Shown: piece after piece, positions 12,177 to 22,033 of the stretch
Layout: the number at the start of each line of letters is the position of its first letter
Numbering within the stretch: the stretch's first letter is position 1
Assembly (NCBI RefSeq): GCF_004010195.1
Contig: NC_057720.1
Coordinates: forward strand, 35,266,711 to 35,289,514
Length of the DNA stretch: 22,804 nucleotides
Source: Chiloscyllium plagiosum
Lineage: Eukaryota
Direction of reading: 5' to 3'
Notes under the pieces: model-generated
What the model saw: the letters and a program-made list of their open reading frames with translations, nothing else
Databases searched by the model: none
Told to the model about the DNA's origin: nothing
Translations under genes and position numbers: made by a program

Positions 12177-12712
12177 CAAGTCGCCTATTTGCAGATCATT
12201 TCACAGAACATCTCTGGGACACCCGCACTAATCAACCCCACACCCCTAATCATTTCAACACCCCCTGCCTCTCCGCCAAGGACATCCTCCATCGTCAAAC
12301 CCTTACCACCTGACGCCTGGAGGAAGAACGCCTCATATTCCACATTTCCTGCAACCACATGTGATTAATGTGGATTTCATCAGTTTCCTCATTTCCCCTC
12401 CCCAGTCCCAAGCCTCCAACTCGGCATCGCCCTCCTGACCTGTCCATCACCTTTCTCGCGTATCTGCTCCGCCCAACTCACCTCCTCCCTCACCTTCATC
12501 TACCTAACGCATTTTCAGCTACCTACCCACAACCCCACCATCGTCCCATTTATCTCTCAGATCCCTGGACCACAAGCCTCATTCCTGATGAAAGGCTTAT
12601 GCCCAAAATATCGATTCTCTTGCTCCTAGGATACTGCCTGACTTGCTGTTCTTTTCCAGCACCACACTCTCGACTTTGATCTCCAGCATCTGCAGTCCGC
12701 ATTTTCTCCATT

Positions 12713-13668
12713 TGCTTAGCAAAGGCAATATAATGTGGATAAATGTGAAGTTATCCACCTTGGTCACAAAAACAAGAAGGCAGATTATTTACCAAATGGT
12801 TCAGGAAACATTGAGGTGCAATGTGAGTGTCATGAGGAACAGTCTCTGAAGGTTGGTGTGCAAGCGCAACAGGCAGTGAGGAAATTTAATGGTATGCTCT
12901 CTTTCATAGCCATGATGTGGAGGTGTCAGTGTTAGATTGGGGTGGACAACGTTAAAAAACACACAACACCAGATTATGGTCGGACAGGTTTATTTGGAAG
13001 TACAAGTCTTCAGAGCGCTGCTCCTTCATGAGATAGCCAGCTTCATAGCAAAAGGATTTGAGTATAGGAGTAGGAATGTCTTGCTGCAGTTATACAGGGC
13101 GTTAGTGAGACCATATCTCAAGTATTGTGTGCAGTTTTGGTCTCCTAGTCTGAGGAATTACATTCTTGCTATTGAAGGAGTCCATACAAGGTTCACCAGA
13201 CTGATTCCCAGGATGGCAGGAATGACATATGAAGAAAGACTGGATCAACTGGCTTGTATTGGCTTGAATTTAGAAGAATGAGGGGGGATCTTGTAAAAAC
13301 CTATAAAATCCTGATGGGATAGGACAGCTCAAATGCGGGAAGAATGTTCCTGATGTTGGAAGTCCAGAAAAAGGGGTCACAGTCTAAGAATGAGGGGTAA
13401 GCCATTCAGGACTGAGATGAGAAAGCATTTCTTCACACAGATTTGCGAACCTTTGGAATTCTCTATTACAGAAAGCCATTTGGGCCATTTCATTAGGTAT
13501 ATTCAAGACAGAGCTGGACTTGGCCCTTGCGGCCAAAAGGATCAAGGGGCATGGGGAGGGGGTCGGAATGGGATAATGAAATTGCACGATCAGAAATATT
13601 GAATGATGGTGCAGGTTCGAAGGGCCAAATGGCCTACCCCTGAACCTAGATTTCTATATTTCTATGTT
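12713..13668 (+). mobile_element. CR1 LINE 3' part (continuation of 9556-9600), itself interrupted at 12911-13041
   Basis: 'VDKCEVIHLGHKN', '[21 protein letters not shown]', 'RGKPFRTEMRKHFFTQ', and a tail 'tttctatatttctatgtt'. Confidence 0.93.
12911..13041 (-). mobile_element. Short non-autonomous PLE-type/SINE-like element with a decayed hammerhead motif
   Basis: Reverse-complement homologue of 14675-14799, flanked by the direct repeat TTCATAGC (12903-12910, 13042-13049) inside the CR1. Confidence 0.8.
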
Positions 13669-13765
13669 ACTATCACTGAATCCCCCACTACCAAAATTCT
13701 GGGGGTTATCATTGACCAGAAGCACAACTGGACTCACCATATGAACACTGTGGCTACAAGAGTAG
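13669..13765 (+). mobile_element. Fragment of a different LINE family (CR1/L2 group, post-RT region)
   Basis: 'ITESPTTKILGVIIDQKHNWTHHMNTVATR' matches the LGV.ID.KL.W..H motif of non-LTR ORF2. Confidence 0.7.
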
Positions 13766-14660
13766 GTTCCATTCGGAGGTGGAGGCAGAGAATTTGATAG
13801 GTCTGATGGAACATGTTGTTGGTGCTTGGAGAGAGAGGTGGGTTTCAGTTCCTATGGGAGAGGGGTATCAGGTACTAGATTGAGTGTAGGGTGTATTGGG
13901 TCTTGGTATAGTTTGCAAACAATATTGTATTCTGAAACATGTAGTGTGTACTTCTAGCAAGACCAAATCCAGATCATTTCTACGAGAGGGTGAGACTCCC
14001 TTTTTTAATACTTTGATGGGCTTGAAGTAATTTCAACCCATCTCAATTGTAGATAACTTTCTTAATTACTATGTTCATCATTTGGCTTCCTTCCTGTACT
14101 TTACCACACCTGATGCAGCTCAACTCCCTTTCTTCTTTCAAAAACTTCAAAAATTAAACTTTACTTCATTTCCATCAACTGTATTCCAACTTTCTAGTCT
14201 GGGATTAATAGTATCATCTCATTCAGGATAATTTCATTACTTTAAACACTACGTTTTCATTGGAAAACTTGTACCACATGCTTCTCCATGGAAGGATTTC
14301 TCAGTTCTTCAGAGCTTGATGCATGCTCCTCTCTTGATTGACTTCTCAACACACAATAGCAATGGTAGTCAAAGTCTGGAAAGTTCTCCCAGTTCTCCAC
14401 AATGTATTTGGTTAACCAGGAACTCTGGGTAACATCCCCTTATTTGGTTTTATGGGTATTGTAACTTGTAGAAACTTTTTGTTATTTCCAAACACACAAA
14501 CAAACCCATATGTTTGATTTAGGATTCTAAATACCCAAACTTGCAGTAAACAATATTAAAATACAGATATAACAGAGTTGACATTTTCATCATTTCTCCC
14601 CATAAAGATGATATATCTGAAAGATTGCATATTCAATCGACATCAAAATCATCATATCAC

Positions 14661-14799
14661 CTGATGAGACAACCATCTGATGAAGTAGCAACACTCTGAA
14701 AGCTAGTGCTTCCAAATAAACCTGTTGGACTATAACCTGGTGTTGTGTGATTTCTTTTACTTTGTACACCCCAGTCCAACACCGGCATCTCCAAATCAT
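14661..14799 (+). mobile_element. Short non-autonomous PLE-type/SINE-like element with a hammerhead-like 5' part
   Basis: CTGATGAA...GAAAGCTAGTG, then AATAAA. Flanked by AAATCATC(A/T)TATCAC at 14646-14660 and 14793-14807. Confidence 0.8.
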
Positions 14800-14859
14800 C
14801 TTATCACTAGTTTGATGTCAAACCAACAGTAATAACATGTTAACAGCACAGTTTCTGCT

Positions 14860-16530
14860 ATGAACACTCTTGACAAAGCAACTGTAATGACAAGCACACT
14901 TTCAAATATATTTTCAAATTGTGGGGTTGAATGTTTAAATTCCAGCAGGTGAGCCTTCGGTTTTTGCCCTGAAATCTTTCTAAGAAAGTCAAAATATTGT
15001 GGCCCTTATAAATAATAGATTCTTGCATGTTGGTACTAATTCAAAATAATGTATATTTAAAAATAACTGACATGCCATCTTGTCATTTTGCAGTAAAACA
15101 GTTCCCACACTGACATCAACTGCCAGTTTGAATGGTTTCATGTAATTTAGCACAGATAACACTGATGCAGTTATCAGTATAGCTTTCAAATTCTTAAAGA
15201 CAATTTGACACTCTTGTCTCCATTCAAATCTATTGACTTTTTTCAACAAATTTGTTAAAGGTACAGTAACAGTACTAAAGTACAGAACAAACTGGCAATG
15301 GAATCCATTCATGTCAATACAACAAAATTTCATACTTCACCTTGGGCATGGGAAAATCCAAAGTAGCCTGTACTTTTGCTTCATTGGGTGTTAATGGCCT
15401 TTTACAACAATACTACCCAAATAACTCACACTGACATTGACAAGACCACGCTTCATCAAATTTATAACCAAATTGGCTTTTTGTAACTGATCAAATGGTT
15501 GAGTCAAATGACATAATTGCTCTTTCCGGGTTTAGCTAAGAAACACCAAGTTGTTGATGTAAACTGTTCAGTTATTAAGCTCTTCAATTACTTATTTGGT
15601 AAAATATTGAAATATTGCTGGTGCATTTTTCAAATAATAACATTCAGGTATTGCTTTTCATTCAGTTTCTGAGCAGGTTATTTGATATAAATCATTTCAT
15701 TCCAAGGCTATCCGTTCCATTCCCATGGAAGAAGCTGAGCTAAACATCTCAACTTTATTCTCTTTGACTTCATCCTTTTTTAATTCAATGCTCAAAAAGT
15801 GTACCCATTAACTGAATTTTCAATCATCTCCTTGTTTCATTGACTCTTTTTCTTCCTTCTTAGGTTTATGGTCTTTAGCTGTAGTTACCACACAATCAGG
15901 AAATAATCCAGGACATTCTTTTTGTAACATTTCAGTCTGTTTCATCTTCACTACTTGTTCTCCAGCCTTGATGAAGTCAGTCTACTTTAATGGCAAACTC
16001 TGACACACAATTTTCATAACTGGCCTGTACCATCGCTCCTTTCTTAGTACATTCAAATGCGACATGTTCTCTTTGTACGACTCCTATAGTTGTAAGTATT
16101 TACATCCCTTCCTTTTCTGAAAAGTCCTTATATATTCCTTTACTACATTGGTCTCCCATTAATTCCCAGCAATTTTCTTTGGTATGTCCACTATTATTAC
16201 AATGAAAGCATGTTTATTTCTCCTTTACCATTTTTCAGTTCTAGCCTTTCTCCATTATCACTTTGAGATCCTTGTTTTCTTAAGAGAAGCTTCAGTGCTA
16301 TCCATTAATTTTCTACTTCTCCCAATTTCCTTGTGGATTGTCCTATGACCATTTCCCAACTTGTGATTGTCTATGATAAATATCAAGGTACCTCTGTAAC
16401 ATCTGCTTCTCTGTCTTTGAGGACATGACACTCATCTAAGTAAGTTTATAAAGTTACAGGAATGCTATTTCTGAATTCTTCCATGATCATAATTTCCCTT
16501 ACATTCTCAATTCTTTTTCTCTAGCTTGAG
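14860..16530 (-). mobile_element. Decayed Ty3/Gypsy LTR retrotransposon internal region (gag, partial RT, RNase H), Gmr1-like
   Basis: Minus: 'REIMIMEEFRNSIPVTL*TYLDE' (gag, ~16430-16505), 'ECPGLFPDCVVT' (~15883-15918), 'LKNAPAIFQ...VYINNLV' (decayed YIDD), 'QKANLVINL...SYLG', 'PLTNLLKKVNRFEWRQECQ..F..LK...KPFKLAVD', 'VITVALSRV' (~14864-14890). Confidence 0.88.
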
Positions 16531-16799
16531 TGATCTGACAGCACTTCTTTCTCCCTTACAAATTCCACATATGTTTGATTAGGTATTTTTTCCTTGTAAT
16601 CCTGAATTTCAATTTATCCTGGAAGCAGATTTCAATTAGGCTTGCTCTGGCTTCTCACACTCAATGATTCATTGCTTCATCATGCTGTCCTGGATGTTTC
16701 ATCTGGTCAATTTCCTGATCCTTATTCTCACCCTCAGAAGACTGGTGTTGAGGCATTTGTTTTCTCTGCATCCAGGACAGTCTCTCTTTATCAACTTCA

Positions 16800-17710
16800 C
16801 TAGTGGAGGGCACAGAATGTCACAATGATATGCATTCTTTCTGTGAAGTCCACCAGTGCGGTCCAGGGATCTTAAGGAGACTGATGATCTATTTCACTAT
16901 GGGGTAGTATGCACAACATTGTATCTTTGACCTGCATCAGTCTGAGGGTTTCATCTTCAGAGAGATTAGCCAATAGCTTCCAGCAGTCATTCCTGTGTGG
17001 CCTGAGGACCTTGGAAGGAGGTGGGGACTAATGAATTGCCCAGCATGTCAGCATTATAGAAAATTCCAGGATATCAAAGGCAGATTTCCATTAACTGGCT
17101 TCGATGGTCACATATAACTTCAACATTAATGGAACCAAAGCCTTTTCTGTTGATGAACACTGCTGTTTGGTGAGAGGGTGCTCTCAAACCTGGAAGTAGC
17201 TGGCAATAGTGGAAAACACCCCTTACTGACCTGTTGAGCTCTCCTCATCACAGAGGAAGGATATGAAAAGTTGTGATCTGGAGAAAATGGCTTCAGTTAC
17301 TGCCTAGATGCACTTGTGGGTTGAGGATTAGAAGATGTCAAACAAACTCCCAGTACTTCTTGAAATGAGCCACTGGCATAAAAATGCAGAGCAATTATGC
17401 CCTTGATTGCCACCAGATTGGGATTGATTGGCAGCAAGGCCCAGAGTATGACAAGGCAAAGTGATGACTGCCCAGGACCTCCTTACCTGCACTTGTATTG
17501 TTGTTTCAAGAGTTGGTGAAAATGACAGTGAGACCTTTAGATGCAGGACAGTATCATTCTCATTCACCTCCCTCGGAGGATCTACAGCTGCCTGTACTCC
17601 TCCTGTGCAGCAGTCACTGCTTTTGCAGGGTTTGTTGACACTGTTGCTCTCACCTTCTATATCATCTTGGAAGTTGAATCTAAGACAATTGCCATGGTGA
17701 CACCCATATC
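16800..17710 (-). pseudogene. Decayed PIF/Harbinger DDE transposase (HARBI1-like family)
   Basis: Minus: 'IALHFYASGSFQ' (~17363-17398), 'VFINRKGFGSINVEVICDHRSQLMEICL*YPG' (~17065-17160), '*LLG', 'PQTDAGQRYNVVH', 'LDRTGG', 'IIVTFCALH*'. Collinear with Harbinger transposase motifs. Stops and frameshifts present; 5' boundary uncertain. Confidence 0.88.
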
Positions 17711-18802
17711 AAATGCTTGAGCAGATCATTTATGGGGCATGTCAGAAAGAGAATACCATTTCTTTACTGGTACTACTGAGCCCTCACATCAGTTACAATG
17801 TAGCCTTACGTTTTCCCCTGATACCAGAGCAGGGAGGTTTCACAAGGAGATTAACGCCATGCCGAGGTAAGAAGCTGTAAGATAGATCACCTTATTTAAA
17901 GGTACATTGTGCAACAAAAGTGTTCAATGTATACTATGGAAATAGAATTCTGCCACTAAGCCACTGTAGTGGGCCCTCATCCCCAAAGAAAAGTCAGCTT
18001 TACACATCACAGACCATGTCATTGCATACTTACAGTTCAGTGTATGAATATGACAGCTCTGAAATGTTGTCTTCCAGCCCGACACTTTTAAGTTAGCTTG
18101 TCTGCTTACATTTGCTTACATTAGCTGTCATGACAAAGGGACAATTAGAATGAACAATGTAATGCTCATGATATGCCCGAGTGCATTCTTGGACAAAGAA
18201 TGACCAGCTGATATAGTGTAATTTGATGCCATTTGCATGACATTACTGAATCAGCGGATGTATAATGAATGTAATTGCTCCGGCAGAATCTCAAACTCAA
18301 ACAATTTTAATCCACCCTTAAGAGAAAATCAGTTACATACTCAGCATACAGTAAATGCAGTGACAGCAGTTATGTTTCATTATTGTGCAATTGACATTGG
18401 AGCACAGATGGGAAGTTTTCAACTTCGTGTCCTTGTGATAATTGCAGGCTCTGACTGAGATGTAGGATGCCTGCCCAATCTTTCATGTTCCCTTTTGTGT
18501 TGCTGTTCCTATGTTCCTAATGACCTTTAATGCTCCTTCTGATTCTATTCAGCCCCTATATATAACCATTAATATCCCCATTTTAACTCCAGAAACCATG
18601 GCTTTGCAGATTGCAATGCCTTTGTTGGCCATGCATTCTCCCCATAAAGAGGTCAAAATAATCGGGATGAGCAAAAACCATCTCTTCTGGATCACTCTGT
18701 GGCTTTTGATACTTTATGAGTTCCTCCCATCTGGCTCAAACTCTCCCTGGCACTGTTATCATTCCCTGAGCAACCTAGTCTATTGAACACTATCCCAAAC
18801 TT

Positions 18803-18905
18803 AAAACAAAAACAAAGATTGCTGGCGAAACTCAGCAGGTCTGACAGCATATGTGGAAAGAAAGCAGAGTTAATATTTCGAGTCCAGTGACTCTTCATCA
18901 GAACT
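18803..18905 (-). mobile_element. Short PLE-type 3'-end element
   Basis: Minus strand: hammerhead motif, then 'ctgctttctttccacatatgctgtcagacctgctgagtttcgccagcaatctttgtttttgtttt', similar to the other PLE 3' ends here. Confidence 0.8.
18868..18905 (-). ncRNA. Minimal type I hammerhead ribozyme motif
   Basis: AGUU-CUGAUGA-A-GAGUC-ACUG-GACUC-GAAA-UA-UU-AACU: perfect 4-bp stem I, 5-bp stem II, conserved core. Confidence 0.8.
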
Positions 18906-19119
18906 TGCCCAGGACTCTTGTGGATTTCCACCTGATAAACTCAATGACCATCATTGACTAAACCCCCATGGGTAACCATGGCCCACCCAACAAACTGACT
19001 TGTTAGAACAGCCCCAGCTAAGTATAGCCTATTTGATAGACTGATGTCTTCACAGTACCCAAACTGACAAAACTATCATTCCCAGACTGATTGCACTTGA
19101 CCTGCAGAACTAACAGTGG

Positions 19120-19428
19120 TGAAAATTTTTTGCTGGAAAAGCACAGCAGGTCAGGCAGCATCCAAGGAGCAGGAGAATCGACGTTTCGGGCATGAGCCCT
19201 TCTTCAGGAATGAGGAGAGTGTGCCAAGCAGGCTAAGATAAAAGGTAGGGAGGAGGGACTTGGGGGAAGGGCGTTGGAAATGCGATAGGTGGAAGGAGAT
19301 TAAGGTGAGGGTGATAGGCCGGAGTGGGGGTGGGCGCAGAGAGGTCAGGAAGAAGATTGCAGGTTAGGAAGGTGGTGCTGATTTCAAGGGTTGGGACTGA
19401 GACAAGGTGGGGGGAGAAGAAATGAGGC
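19120..19428 (-). mobile_element. Penelope-like element 3' UTR fragment
   Basis: Homologous to 9612-9915 (gcacagcaggtcagg.agcatccaa.gagcaggagaatcga.gtttc...ggaatgagg). Confidence 0.88.
19175..19212 (-). ncRNA. Minimal type I hammerhead ribozyme motif
   Basis: AUUC-CUGAAGA-A-GGGC-UCAU-GCCC-GAAA-CGUC-GAUU: intact core, 4-bp stem II, GUC triplet. Confidence 0.78.
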
Positions 19429-20344
19429 CCAATTTCCGGACAAGACACAGATACTCAGACTCTCAAAGGACCGAATGTCTGCATGACCACAGTCAAATCC
19501 CTGTAGTATAATTGATGGGCCCCCAGTAAATATGGAGGCATCCCCTGACTCACAGCAGGAATCTTTCCTGCTGCTAAGGATTGTTCCTCTTTGACTTTTA
19601 GACATCATCATTTGCTAACACGACATGTAGTTTATTTGCTACATAATGTACTAACACACATTGTGGGTGTGAGATCGACATGGCATATTGTTACACAGCG
19701 AAATATCCATCCCATAGACTGCCATGCTCCCACCTATGACAAGTTGTCTGCCCATCCCACTGCACCAAGAAGCAATTGAAATCATTAGCTGGCAACCTCA
19801 AATTCAAATACTAAGTGAGTGAGCATTAAGAAATAAGGTTAAAAGCTATAAGATACATTCGGCTAAATGACTGTGATGACTGTGTGTTGCTGTGCACAAA
19901 ACAACTTGGGAGAAATATGCAGATGTAGGTGCCCCTGAATATCAAAGCAAAGTCCTGAAGGGCGACAGTGTATAAGAGTCAGACTGAGAGCAGCCATGAT
20001 GAGGTGGTGAGGTTGATGGTTTGTGAATGCGAACTTGTGTGTATGTATTGCGTACGAGATTCATGTCCATGGAGCGTGCAGGGATGTTGGGGTGAAGGCA
20101 GGTTCGAATGAAGTCCAGGGTAAGCAATTGTGAGTTGCAGCCTCCAAGTAGCCATTCTGACTTTCAGAAATTTGCATTATTTAATTTCCTGGCTGAGGGG
20201 TTAAGAATTGGAAGTGGCGCAGAAATGAGGTAAGTTGAGGTAGTATTGAGATGTAAATGAATGGAAATAAGAATGACATCTCATATTAGTGAATTTCTAT
20301 TCAACCCTTAAGGGAAATTCTCCATTCATGCCAATATATTCCTC

Positions 20345-21170
20345 CCAAATCCTTAAGATCTTATCTTTCCTGCTAACCTTTTCCATGGTATCTTATCAAC
20401 TTTTCTTTGGAAATACTGATATATTACGTTTATTGGTTCCCCTCTGACTATTCAACTATTCATGCCCTCAAAGAACTCTAACACATTTGTCAGAAAGGAA
20501 TTCCCTTTAATATCACCATGTTGACTTATTCTAATTATAATATGCTTTCCTAAGTGCATTGCTAAGATTGTTTTCCCTGTAGCGTCGGAGGCTGAGGGGT
20601 GACCTTATAGAAGTTTACAAAATTATGAGGGGCATGGATAGGGTAAATAGGCAAAGTCTTTTCCCTGGGGTCAGGGAGTCCAGAACTCGAGGGCATAGGT
20701 TTAGGGTGAGAGAGGAAAGATATGAAAGAGACCTAAGGGGCAACCTTTTCACATAGAGGGTGGTACGGTATGGAATGAGCTGCCAGAGGAAGTGGTGGAG
20801 GCTGGTACAACTGCAACATTTAAGAGGCATTTGGATGGGTACATGAATAGGAAGGGTTTGGAGGGATATGGGCCAGGTGCTAGCAGGTGGGACTAGATTG
20901 GGTTGGGTTATCTGGTCGGCATGGACGGGTTGGACTGAAGGGTCTGTTTCCATGCTGTACATCTCTACTCTACTCTATATAGTCATACATACAAGATAGC
21001 ATTTTTCCAATGGCCTATGTTAGGCTAATGGAACTATGGTTCACTGTTTTCTCTCCCTCCTTTCCTAGAAAGCAGTATATCATTCACTAACTTCCCATTT
21101 GATGGGACTGTTCCCAAATCTAATTTAGCATTTTGGAAAATCATAGCTCATGCATTGACAATCTCTAGAT
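20345..21170 (-). mobile_element. Old CR1 LINE RT N-terminal fragment, split by a younger CR1 at ~20570-20978
   Basis: Minus 'HLGKHIIIRISQHGDIKGNSFLTNVLEFFEG' (~20465-20558; compare SQHGF.KG.SCLTNL.EFFE). The upstream part resumes at ~21000 as a decayed NYRPVSLT region. Confidence 0.75.
20570..20978 (+). mobile_element. Younger CR1 LINE 3' end
   Basis: 'RRRLRGDLIEVYKIMRGMDRVNRQSLFPGVRESRTRGHRFRVR', stop TAG at 20894-20896, tail ctctactctactctat. Confidence 0.95.
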
Positions 21171-21714
21171 CATTTTGTAGACATTTCGAGGGTCATTTTA
21201 ATCTCTCCTTCAGCACCAACAGTTTTGGACTATGGATATGGAATCAAAACTGACTACTTCAGTTTTATTTACCCCAGAGCACAAGACAACGTCGCAAAAC
21301 ATGGGATTCTGCCCCAACACGAGAGAAAACAATATTACATAAGTGGTTTTCTAAGCTGTAAGAGGTGAATTCATAAATGAAGTACAACTACAAATTTGAA
21401 ATGAATAATGGCTCTGTCCTCTGAGGTTAAATCACAGCAAAAGAAATCAAAGTAATTTCACATCAAAGGAATTTCCTTGTAAATAAACAAGTCAAACTCA
21501 AATGTCATCACTTATTGGTAAGTCTGACCTGTGTGTTTGAAGCCCACACAACCACAGTCACCTCAGACTGTAACAAAACATGAAAAAGAAGTGTTTTTCA
21601 AATACTTTTTCTGATTAATTTTCCTCATTTCATGCTCCTGCTCCATTCAATTCTTTGAAAGGGAAAAGAAAGACTTGGAAAGCACCTATTACAACTTCAG
21701 TCATTTATTTTATT

Positions 21715-22033
21715 CTCTTTCCATCCATTCAGAGGATGTGGGCATCACTGGTTGGGTCAGTAGTTATTATCCATCCCGAGTTGCCCAGAGGACAGTTAAG
21801 AGTCAAGCATATTGCTATGGGTCAGGGTCACATAGACAAGACCAGGTAAGGATACCTGTTCCTTAACAGGAATCAGTGAACCAGATTGTTCTCCCCGCAC
21901 CCCCACCTCCCCTCAAACCGACCTTACCACCCCAGCAATTGACAATGGCTTCACAGTTATCTTTAGACTTCTAATTCCAAAATTTTGTGAATTCAAATTC
22001 CACCAAATGCTATGGTGGGGATTTGAACCCAAG
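21715..22033 (-). mobile_element. tRNA-derived SINE; its head abuts or is interrupted by the CR1 at 22034
   Basis: Minus B-box GGGTTCAAATCCC at ~22018-22030, followed by 'ggtggaatttgaattca'. The body resembles a common shark SINE from memory. Confidence 0.65.

Larger units (their letters stand above)
10747..12710 (+). mobile_element. Penelope-like element copy B (RT, GIY-YIG, 3' UTR), decayed
   Basis: 'IFTMDIKSLYISI...LAELVLTLNNFTF', YIDD at 11211-11222, 'DIYYKPTDSHSYLDYTSS', 'TFPCHHRKCKTC', 'NVIYC' at ~12009. Multiple stops and frameshifts. Confidence 0.92.

Noticed and set aside
19553..19573. Perfect 9-bp hairpin CAGCAGGAA-TCT-TTCCTGCTG
   Set aside because: A single short hairpin is plausible by chance and has no supporting context
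19942..20127. CpG-containing 61-aa minus ORF, and a plus-strand GTAAGC donor at ~20120
   Set aside because: No acceptor or recognisable domain; not supportable
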